Program-made: the position numbers and the translations under genes
The notes under the pieces: model-generated
Seen by the model: only the letters and a program-made list of their open reading frames with translations
What the model was told of the DNA's origin: nothing
Databases searched by the model: none
Shown: in pieces, positions 1 through 8,411 of the stretch
Numbering within the stretch: position 1 is the stretch's first letter
Layout of the letters: each line of letters begins with the position of its first letter
NCBI RefSeq assembly: GCF_006345805.1
Contig: NW_021827794.1
Location: forward strand, 1 to 9,883
Length of the DNA: 9,883 nucleotides
Direction: 5' to 3'
Origin: Octopus sinensis
Taxonomy: Eukaryota

Positions 1-1
1 C

Positions 2-205
2 GTAAGACCAGGACTTACAAATGCATATAACATACAGAAAAGAGCAAGACTAGGCACTGCGCATATTCTATCTAAAGCATTTTCAATTCAGTAGAAATAA
101 GTGCACCACACCATACCACAGCACATACCCAAGTCACACAGAGCTGTGCTCAGTAGTGCAGTGAAAGCACGTGATAACATTAAGACTAATGAATAATTAT
201 TATAA
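2..205 (+). mobile_element. 3' end of an R4/Dong-like (RLE-clade) non-LTR retrotransposon: ORF C-terminus, 3' UTR and degenerate (TAA)n tail; cut by the window start
   Basis: Bases 2-94 translate VRPGLTNAYNIQKRARLGTAHILSKAFSIQ*, matching the 'QK..LLGTA.IL.K.L' C-terminal motif I recall from R4/Dong-type elements. About 95 nt of UTR follow, then TAATGAATAATTATTATAA (187-205). Confidence 0.8.
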
Positions 206-465
206 ATTATTGTTGGGTGGTTGGGGACAGTATCAGAAGGCATCAAGTGGGATATAAGGGAAACTGATATAGAGTGCCCAGCAGAATTGTTACAAAATGA
301 TTTCCTAGTTGGCACGACTAGAATAATTAGAATAATTAGAATAGCTGAAAAGAACGGATAGCATGGTACCGTAGGCTGCATGTAGCAAGATTGAAATGCA
401 TACAAGACTCCAGGAGCTTCAACAAAACCTGTGATAAAAAAACAACAACAACAAGGACGACGAAA

Positions 466-540
<75 letters not shown>
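206..540 (+). mobile_element. Second, different, heavily 5'-truncated R4/Dong-like 3' end with a compound trinucleotide tail
   Basis: Bases 206-361 translate IIVGWLGTVSEGIKWDIRETDIECPAELLQNDFLVGTTRIIRIIRIAEKNG*. This resembles 'P(I/V)(I/V)VGALGTV...ELLQK..LLGTARI(I/L)R'. AGAATAATT is duplicated in tandem (320-337). The UTR does not align with that of the first fragment. Confidence 0.75.
441..540 (+). repeat. Compound microsatellite (AAC)4 ... (GAT)12(AAT)13
   Basis: Read directly: AAC x4 at 441-452, GAT x12 at 466-501, AAT x13 at 502-540. Confidence 0.97.
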
Positions 541-541
<1 letters not shown>

Positions 542-544
542 TGG

Positions 545-820
545 ATGGCCTGGATAGACTTTAATATGACTTACGACATGTTGCGGCATTTGTGAATTTT
601 GGAAGCACCGGACACATGTGGAATAGCTGAGAACGTATGTGCACTGATTAAAAACAGCATGCCAAGTTGGAAAATGCTTCTTTTCTGTAACAACCAGTAC
701 TTAGCCGATATAACAATCAAAAGAGTTATCTTTCAAAGAGACTATTGATCCCCTTTGTTATTTGTTATAGCCTTGATCCCACTTTCAGTAGTCCAACGCA
801 AAGTCAAAGCGCACTATGAC
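545..820 (+). pseudogene. Reverse transcriptase fragment of an R4/Dong-like LINE with two in-frame stops; weak similarity may extend to about 930
   Basis: Translates MAWIDFNMTYDMLRHL*ILEAPDTCGIAENVCALIKNSMPSWKMLLFCNNQYLADITIKRVIFQRDY*SPLLFVIALIPLSVVQRKVKAHYD. This aligns by eye with RT motifs 'AWIDYKKAFDSVPHSWI' and 'I.RGIFQGDSLSPLLF.IAL.PLS'. Possible vestiges of 'HLLFMD' (827-841) and 'IGMEF' (910-927) follow. Confidence 0.85.
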
Positions 821-1188
821 GGTATCCAACTATTTTATGGTACAAGTACTTTATCACTACTGCATAAATCTCTCTGGGAGATTTAGAAATGTATTATTTC
901 TATTTTTGAAATCCCGGAATGTATTTCACTAGAATAATTATATGTTTACAAGGGTTAGATAAGAATTTCCAATTAGCAAACCATGCTACTCCAGACTGAT
1001 GACGAGAAAATACTCAGAAACTAGTCTCCAGTTGCTGACTCAGCTGGGTGGAGGTGCTTATCTCCCCCTTGTAAACATAAGGACATAGAAAATGTGTCAA
1101 GGTCGACAGGAAGTGTTGCCACTTCCTAGGGCAGTAGTATTACTCCTTTCATGAGGTTGTCACATTAAGTTGACAGTATACAACTAAT

Positions 1189-1208
1189 TATGTATATATG
1201 ATTATGTG

Positions 1209-1245
<37 letters not shown>

Positions 1246-1309
1246 TACATATGTCTATGTGTGTATATTTATATATATGTATATGCGTATATATATATAT
1301 ATATATATA

Positions 1310-1340
<31 letters not shown>
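1189..1340. repeat. Imperfect (TA)n/(TATG)n microsatellite
   Basis: Read directly; it accounts for ORF 1198..1422. Confidence 0.95.
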
Positions 1341-1454
1341 TAACGTGACCGACCAACCTATCAGATGTTGCTACACATCGCTGCTCACAATGCGCCTTCG
1401 CATTGTTTTAGCCTTCAGATGACGCCACCACCCGCTGCTAAGCGAGCAGGCCAA
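1341..1454. mobile_element. Unclassified short GC-richer element with an internal perfect hairpin, embedded between TA repeats
   Basis: About 50% GC island in TA-repeat DNA. Stem ACAATGCG (1387-1394), loop CCTT, CGCATTGT (1399-1406). It resembles an interspersed repeat I recall from octopus sequence; the class is unknown. Confidence 0.45.
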
Positions 1455-1476
1455 TACACACACATATATATATAGA

Positions 1477-1511
<35 letters not shown>

Positions 1512-1516
1512 ATGTG
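1455..1516. repeat. (CA)n/(TA)n microsatellite
   Basis: Read directly. Confidence 0.93.
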
Positions 1517-1971
1517 TGCACAAAACATTATACATGTGTGTGTGTTTGTCTGTATGTCGCAAAACATTGTACTGGAGGTCGATCACAGCTGATAGAATCG
1601 CATGGTTAATCATATTTTCCCCAGTTTGTTATTAGCTCCCATATTTAGTAGATTATTCCATGTTTCTGTTTCACCTATACATTTAAGTAACAATTTCATA
1701 CATGTTCTATGCACGCGTGCGCATGTGCGTGAGGGAGAGGGAGAGAACGATAGAACAAATATAAGACCCCGATGAGACACAACGTTTAAGTTTTTTTATT
1801 CATGAATCTATTTCCATTTTGTTTCGATCAATGCTCATTCCAGTTGTTAAATTACCTGAGATATTTATTTTAGCAAATTGTCAGTGGCTTGGTCTTTCAC
1901 ATGAAATTCTCTCATAATCTAAAAAATATGTAGTTGAGTCAACATGTGAATCACGATGAGTAATATAGCCG

Positions 1972-2925
1972 GCTCTTCAAATTTCTGTTAGAGTTCTTAT
2001 GACGGATTTTCATTAACTTTCTGTCACCCAATAAAATTACGCGAATTTTCCGTACATACATGTACTCACAGACTAATAGGACCAGCTCTTCAAATTTCTT
2101 TTCTACTCTAGGTACAAAGCCCGAAATTTTTGGGGAGTGAGCCAGTCGATTGGATCGACCCCAGTACGTGACTGGTACTTAATTTATTGACCCAGAAAGG
2201 ATGAAAGGCACAGTCGACATCGGCGGAATTTGAACTCAGAAAGTAAAGACAGACGAAATATCACGAAGTTTTTCGACCGGTGTACTAACGTTTCCTATGT
2301 CTTTACTGCCCATAAGGGGCTAAACATAGAGGTGACAAACAAGGACAGACAAAGGGATTGAGTCGATTACATCGACCCCAGTACGTAACTGGTACTTAAT
2401 TTATCGACCCTGAAATGATGAAAGACAAAGTCGATCTCGGCGGAATTTGATCTCAGGTCGTAGCGGCAGATGAAATACCTATTTCTTTACTACCCACAAG
2501 GGGCTAAACACAGAGAGGACAAGCAAGGACAGACAAACGGATTAAGTCGATTACATCGACCCCAGTGCGTAACTGGTACTTAATTTATCGACGCGGAAAG
2601 GATGAAAGGCAAAGTCGACCTCGGCAGAATTTGAACTCAGAAGGTAACGGCAGACGAAATACCGCTAAGTATTTCGCTCGGCGTGCTAACGTTTCTGCCA
2701 GCTCGCCACCTTAGGCTCTTCAAATATCTATTACAGTTTTTGCGACAGATTTATATCAACTTTCTGTCACCCAATAGAAATGCGCGAATATTCCGTACAT
2801 ATACGTACTCACAAACAAATATGATCGGCTCTTCAGATTTCTGCTAAATCTCTCATGACGGATTTTCCATTAACTTTTTTTCACCCGATAAAACACGTGA
2901 ATATTCCGCACATAAATATACCCAA
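1972..2925 (+). repeat. 113-bp tandem repeat, about 3 copies (1972-2084, 2715-2827, 2828-~2925), interrupted by a SINE insertion
   Basis: Each unit starts GCTCTTCA(A/G)AT and shares 'atgacggattttc..ttaacttt.tgtcaccc.ata.aa..cgcgaat.ttccgtacata..gtactcaca'. The first two units are both exactly 113 bp. Confidence 0.85.
2096..2714 (-). mobile_element. Tandem trimer of tRNA-derived SINE units: A 2096-2295 (different 3' tail), B 2296-2479, C 2480-2714 (complete head)
   Basis: The minus-strand head is GGTGGCGAGCTGGCAGAAACGTTAG (A-box-like) ... GAGTTCAAATTC (B-box). All three units share the body 'gtcgac.ttgcctttcatcctttc...gtcgataaattaagtaccagt'. GCTCTTCAAAT flanks the trimer at 2085-2095 and 2715-2725 (11-bp TSD). 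Confidence 0.9.
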
Positions 2926-3498
2926 TTCTACATACACGTACCTGTATAAACTTCGGGTGGATTTTTTTAATTTGAAGTACAGACCGTTTGAAATGCTCTC
3001 TCTGACAGTTTATGTCGGATATTGTAATATAGTGCATGTAATTATTAATGTTTTTCACACTTGTTCGTTAATATAAGCTTTTCATCATTTTGCGGTCAAT
3101 AACGTAAATTTCACCACCTCAATTATTGTGGGAGTTGGTAGCATAAAAATCCCTTCCTTTAAAGTCCTTTGCCTGTATAGCAAATTTTGAAATTATCCTA
3201 TCCATATGTTTTAGACGAATTAAGAATTTGGATGTTGCATACGACAAAATGTTTTTTTGCCAATGCGCGAGCTCATTAATCCCATAGTAATGCCACCGCC
3301 AACATATATAGGCGTTGGCATGCCATGGCTGGTTATCTTTTATTGAATTAAAACAATCGTTCGCATTTTAATCACTCTTTTAGAACATTTATTTTCATTT
3401 ACAGCCTTTATGAGCTTCGGAAACGGAATCAAGAATGAAAGAAAAACAACGAATTATTTCACGTACTCTCGAAAATTTATGGATTCTTACCACATCAA

Positions 3499-3516
3499 GT
3501 GTGTGTGTGTGTGTGT
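3499..3516. repeat. (GT)9 microsatellite
   Basis: Read directly. Confidence 0.9.
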
Positions 3517-3559
3517 GATAGGTTTTCCTCTGGAATATGTCTAAAAAAATCTAGCAGAA

Positions 3560-3866
3560 CGTCGTTTACCATGACAAGGATTCCAGCTGATCCAATCAAC
3601 AGAACGGTCCACTCGTGAAATTAACGTTCATGTGGACGAGCACTCTACAGAGCGGTTCCTTTAATATGGTTCGCAGGGAGGTTCAGCGTGACAAACAGAA
3701 TGTGACAAACCTGGCCCAGTGAATTACAGGCACAACTAATTTTTGCCGGCATGGAATATAGTGTCTTATTTTAATATGTCTTGTATCGAAAGTGGCGTCC
3801 TGTATCGAACTCAGGACCTTACGATAGTGCGTCAAATCCCCTATCCATTAAGCCACACGCGTTTAC
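3560..3866 (-). mobile_element. Diverged tRNA-derived SINE of a second family (CORE-like octopus SINE from memory); 3' boundary approximate
   Basis: Minus strand has A-box TGGCTTAATGG (3845-3855) and B-box GAGTTCGATAC (3802-3812). The body 'ctcgtgaaattaacg...ttcagcgtgaca...gtgtgacaa..ctggccc..tgaa.tacagg.acaact.atttttgcc' matches a repeat I recall. Confidence 0.75.
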
Positions 3867-4299
3867 TGCAACATGTATACTGTCATTCTCTATGTATGCT
3901 TGCATGTTTAAACATATACACACACAATTAAACAGCCGCAGAGACATTTATCCTCAGATATATGCGTGCATTTAGGTCTTACCTATAGGATTAAACATGT
4001 ATTGATTCTCTACACTTGCATGTATATTACCTTGACATGTCAACTTTACAAGGATTTCGTTTGAAAATGATAGATTAATAAATAATAATTTACGCTTACT
4101 CTAATATCTCTTGTTTCCTTCTAATGAAGCGCACGCTATAACTGTATGACTGTGTTGCAATTTGGACGTCTCTCGTTCGTAGTTTATTGGCCGTGGAAAT
4201 TACAAATACTAACTAGAACCGATAGTATCACATATATGGAAGCAGCAGCCCACATCAGTGAGTAATTATGTATCTTCCGTTTATAAATTCAACTATATA

Positions 4300-4903
4300 T
4301 TCTCTTATTTTATACCTTTGGGCTCAAAGGCTGTGGCCATGCTGGGACACTATCCTGTTTTCAATTGTAACTTTCTCATGATTGGCCTGTAGTGGAGGAG
4401 AGAGCCCGATATTGCTCTCCTCATTTGAGTATCTTGTTGTGATGTAGGTTCATCTGGGACATTGGGCAGCAGTATGACAAGTTGTTTCTTAAACCCATGT
4501 ACGTCTATTCCATGTAGCTCCCTCAGACGTTTTGGCAAGGTGTTAATTAGCCGTGGCCGCTTGAATACCAATGTATTGCAAGGAAAGGTTTCCACTCCAG
4601 GCGAGATGACTGGGACATTTAGAACAGTGCAATGACATCCAGTTCGGAGGCTGGTATGGCTCTCGATACCAAAGTTTGGTACAAATCTGTCCCGGATAGT
4701 CCATACATATATCACTGCATATCGCTCATCACTTCACTCCAGAAGGTAGAGTCGTAGCACTTTCATTCCCTCCCAGAAGCTCAGTTATTCCATTGATGCA
4801 ATCTTCTTTGTGTAGCACCGCTGAACTGCTTGCTTCAAGTTCCGCTAGTAATTTCACGCTGCGTGGTGACGACAGCTGAGAGCAGTTCCCCAGACGGATG
4901 AGG
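4300..4903 (-). mobile_element. 5'-truncated CR1-group LINE: pseudogenised ORF2 C-terminus and 3' UTR
   Basis: Joining frames gives LIRLGNCSQLSSPRSVKLLAELEA / VQRCYTKKIASME*LSFWEGMKVLRLYLLE*SDERYAVIYVWTIRDRFVPNFGIE...FKRPRLINTLPKRLRELHGIDVHGFKKQLVILLPNVPDEP. This matches CR1/L2-group motifs (LDYCSQ.WSP, LE.VQR.YTK, L.LYSLERRRERY.IIY.WK, GPRLFN.LP, FK..LD..L..VPDEP). The frameshift is a 4-bp TGCT duplication (4827-4834). Confidence 0.88.
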
Positions 4904-4905
4904 CA

Positions 4906-5126
4906 AACATACAAACATACATACACATACACACATATACACATGCATATAATGTTTATATACGTATGTATATACATATTTATGTAAATATATATTATAT
5001 ATACATGCATGTATATGAATGTATATACATGTATTACACACAAACACGTACACACATACAGACAAATATATGTATATATGTAAGTATATATGTGTGTGTA
5101 TGTATGTATATGTGTATATGTATATG

Positions 5127-5157
<31 letters not shown>

Positions 5158-5232
5158 ATGTGTGTGCGTGTGTATGTGGGGATGCGGGTATGCACATATG
5201 TATGTACATATGTATGTAAATATATATGTATG
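4906..5232. repeat. Long compound (TA/CA/TG/TATG)n microsatellite abutting the LINE 5' truncation
   Basis: Read directly; it accounts for five overlapping low-complexity ORFs. Confidence 0.95.
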
Positions 5233-5649
5233 CGTTGAAACGTGTAGAGAATAGAGAAGGTAATCCGTGTTACATGTGTTTCTAAGTGATTCTGGATATG
5301 TTTTACGTATCTCAAACATGTAACATGTATATACAGCTTAGCTCTCCTTCTGATCGAATTACTTGTGGTTGTAAGTCATTGTTGGAAAGAGAGAAATGAA
5401 CAGTTTACTTATTTCCTTCACGATAGAATGGTAGGTGGAAAGTAAGTTAGCTCAAATAACCATTGAAATTCTTGTCAGCTGGCAAGCTAAAAAGTAGAAA
5501 AGAATGTTTTTAAGGCAGTCATTTTATTTAAAGAGAAAGGTTACTGGCTCTAGAACAAGAGGTTGAAGATATCAAAGTCGCTGAGGTTTATCGAAGCAAC
5601 GTCATAAAACTGAAATTTGCGCGCCATATACATACACACACACGCTTAT

Positions 5650-5730
5650 AACAACAAGAGTAATAACAATAATAATACTAACAGCAATAATAACAACAGC
5701 AATAATAATAATACTAATTAACTTTATTAT
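5650..5730. repeat. Degenerate (AAC/AAT/AGC)n trinucleotide repeat
   Basis: Read directly. Confidence 0.85.
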
Positions 5731-6105
5731 TATTTCTCTATTTACCGAGGGCTTGCAGGTGATTGGGAGCATTTATATAAAATCCGGTGAATTCCCTTTA
5801 TAACTAAACTGGTTTGAAACACGCAAGGAGTAAATTGTCATTCACACTTTGATGGTTCTCCACTTTAAATTCACCAAATGTCAAGATATACTGTCTATGT
5901 GTCGCCATATGCTTTCTTCTATAAATTCAAGAGCGTTTGTCTACATAAGCAATTGCCAAGAATTTGATCTGATTACGGTGTCCCTTAGGAATCAACTTGT
6001 TGAATATTAACGTAAACTACATTACATCTTATGGATTTGTTGTTTATTTGATTTCAACTGGTAATATTGATAGTGTGAAAAACACTGGTTGCGCACTGCC
6101 GCTCC

Positions 6106-6172
6106 TGTTACTGCTGGTGCCATTGCTGTTGCTACTGCTTGTACTACTACTTCTGTTATTGTTGCTGCTGAT
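6106..6172. repeat. Degenerate (CTG/CTA/TTG)n repeat
   Basis: Read directly; it produces the poly-Leu ORF 5997..6191. Confidence 0.8.
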
Positions 6173-6573
6173 ATTCGTTTTGCCAGTTTAGTCCAAGACC
6201 AACCGCGGTTCATCAAAACTTTTATCACCTTTTGAACGGTGAACATCACGTTTTTATTCCTACCATACTCAACTGCGTCATTGATCAAGGAATTTGTTTT
6301 GTGTTTTAGACCGTTGGATAATATTTGAGGGAAATTTGGTTATCATTTAGTCCTGCTTCACCAACTGTATCAAAACTCCATCAGCTATGAACTTGTTATA
6401 TATTATATTTGATATGTTTATATATAAGCATTTGATAGAATGGAAATAGAGAAATAGGAGTTAAGTGATAGTCTACAAACAAGATTATTATATCATTTTT
6501 TATTAAATAGACAAAACGTGGTGAACAATACTTTTACACATCATTTTGTCTACTATGAAAGGAACCGTTTATG

Positions 6574-6760
6574 TACAATGGTCTGCTGAAAAGTTCATAG
6601 CTTTAAAGGTATCGCGAAAGGGCAGGCTGGAGGCCCAAATATTCCGAGTTATTTTACAGGGCTTGGAAAAAGTGAAAGGCCGTTGCAATAATTGTCTGAA
6701 ACTGAGAGTGGAATATGTTGAATAAAAACATAATTAACTGATCCACCTGTATTTTTTTAA
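6574..6760 (+). mobile_element. Mariner-type deletion derivative (MITE-like): left TIR, short linker, last ~24 transposase codons; right TIR not recognisable
   Basis: TA (6574-6575) is followed by CAATGGTCTGCTGAAAAGTTCATAGCT, resembling Hsmar2/irritans-type TIRs as I recall them (CGAGGGGTCTTCAAAAAGTTCATGG). Bases 6654-6725 translate LQGLEKVKGRCNNCLKLRVEYVE*, matching the mariner C-terminus 'GI.KL..RW.KC....G.YVE*'. Confidence 0.75.
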
Positions 6761-7365
6761 ATTCAGAACCATTTGGAGAATACGAGCATAGCATCCTATA
6801 TAATTATATAGTCCGTTATTGATAATACATGGGAACTTGATACTTCATACCTAGAAATCGAAAATAATTAGATGAAAGATGCCGTTACTTTGTGTAGAAA
6901 CATTTACTCACCATGTAATATAAACAGCGGATCATATCGCATGCGCACACAGATGCAAATGGATACACGTACACATATATACAGGTACGCTCCCTTTATA
7001 TCCACACATACTCAGACACTCGCAAACACACACACACACACAAGTGAATTATAATTGTGTTTAGGTATACTTATATGCCTGTATTCATGAATGGCTTATT
7101 AAAAACACAAGATTCAAAGAGGTAAATATGATTGAAAAATGCATTTTCCGACATTATATTTTATTATGCAGGAAGTAAATTAATTTTATAATATGCAATG
7201 CTTTTCATAATTACGAATATTTCTCTCTCTAACAAAACACTCAGTGAAAGAAGCCAAGCCACGACGTACATTGAACTAGGAAAAGGCGTGTGTAAAAAGG
7301 CACTTGATTCTGCCTGAGAGATGCGGAAGTGTGTGAGTACGTAAGTATGTGTGACTACGAGTGTG

Positions 7366-7369
<4 letters not shown>

Positions 7370-7418
<49 letters not shown>
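7370..7418. repeat. Perfect (TA)~24 microsatellite
   Basis: Read directly. Confidence 0.97.
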
Positions 7419-7421
<3 letters not shown>

Positions 7422-8079
7422 TGTTTCATAAAAATACTTAGTTCATTTAATAACTAAATATATTAACAAATTTATGTGTTTCGTTATGCTTTCTATACGC
7501 ACTCTGTGACCTATACATATATACAGAACAGCCAAATAAACGTGTGTTCCCTAAAACATGTTCCATATAATAATTTTTCTGTTGAGGAGTATAAACTTAA
7601 ACAGCTCTCTCTCTGTCATTCAGGTCTGTCCATGTGTTTGCCTTTCGTTCTGTAAGTATGTGTATCAGTAAACATTTTAATGTTACAGACATAAATCTAT
7701 ATATCTACACACGAACACGCATACACAAACACATACATGTACATATGTATGTGTGGCGGGGTGTCCGTGTATCTTTGGAATAAGCGTACGATATCTCGTT
7801 TTATGAAATTTAAATGTGTACTATTATATTTCACGCACTGATGATCAAACAGGCGTGAAAAGATCTTTCGCTGCGTAAACACCCGCATGACAAGCTTATA
7901 CACATTAATCATATATGCAAAAACATGTTTGCAAATGAGAGATGTATTCAGACTGTAAGTTATATGCGCAATTACACGTCATCAGCTACGGGCTGCGAAC
8001 CATTGGTTAGGAGCCCGCTAATAACGATCGTTCTACATACAAGTCTGTATCGAGCTGTGGTCTGTCCATGAGCAGGCTT

Positions 8080-8315
8080 TAAGCACGTGAAACTTCTCCG
8101 GCACTTTCTATAAGCACTTGGCAGCTCTGCCCTCTCACCTTCCACCAGGAAGGTGATTATTGGGTACTTCAGCTTCTATAAGGAAGCATGGTATAATTAC
8201 TGGAGTGGTTTACATTTACTCTTTCCAGGAAGATGTGATTTGAACTCATAAGGCAGAGAGCCGGAGGATATACCCGTAAAGCATTTCTGCCGAAGTGCCA
8301 TCGATTCCGCCACAT
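8080..8315 (-). mobile_element. Old SINE with a head related to the 2096-2714 family but an unrelated body; 3' boundary approximate
   Basis: Minus strand reads TGGCGGAATCGATGGCAC...GAAATGC...GGGTATATCCTCC...GAGTTCAAATC, collinear with the younger head TGGCAGAAACGTTAGCAC...GAAATGC...GGTATTTCGTC...GAGTTCAAATT. The sequence past the B-box does not align. Confidence 0.55.
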
Positions 8316-8316
8316 T

Positions 8317-8398
8317 CTCAAGAACCACGTACAGCCCGGTCCGGGAACCAAAGCAATGATCTGGAGATCGTGAGTGCAGCACCCGAACAACTAAGCTA
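8317..8398 (-). mobile_element. Isolated tRNA-like SINE head related to the 3560-3866 family
   Basis: Minus strand TAGCTTAGTTGTTCGGGTGCTGCACTCACGATCTCCAGATC...GGTTCCCGGACCGGG...GTGGTTCTTGAG has a degenerate A-box and B-box. It stops where a CORE-like 'gtg..cttgagcaa' motif would begin. Confidence 0.5.
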
Positions 8399-8411
8399 AT
8401 ATATAAATATA

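Noticed and set aside
88-405. 105-aa minus-strand ORF
   Set aside because: Antisense shadow of the + strand R4/Dong-like remnants; no recognisable motif.
1701-1710. Perfect palindrome GCACGCGTGC before a GA repeat
   Set aside because: Lies in alternating purine-pyrimidine low-complexity sequence where such palindromes are expected.
2096-2714. CRISPR-like or tRNA-gene-array interpretation of the repeated units
   Set aside because: The units are 184-235 bp with no unique spacers and no cas genes. The heads have Pol III boxes but no full cloverleaf, so SINE is the better explanation.
4729-5319. 196-aa ORF and four overlapping His/Thr/Tyr/Ile/Val/Cys-rich ORFs
   Set aside because: Translations of dinucleotide repeats. 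Only the last ~55 codons overlap the LINE, and only about 24 of those are in the LINE frame.
5997-6288. Poly-Leu hydrophobic ORF (+) and 88-aa ORF (-)
   Set aside because: Products of a degenerate trinucleotide repeat; no splice or domain support.
6175-6360. Possible very old SINE-like remnant next to the CTG/TTG repeat
   Set aside because: Only a vague resemblance to remembered repeats; no A/B boxes or boundaries can be shown.
7624-7651. Candidate 28-nt microexon (pyrimidine tract + CAG ... GTAAGT)
   Set aside because: The pyrimidine tract is a (CT)n repeat, the exonic side of the donor is weak, and such motifs arise by chance. RNA-seq junction reads would be needed.
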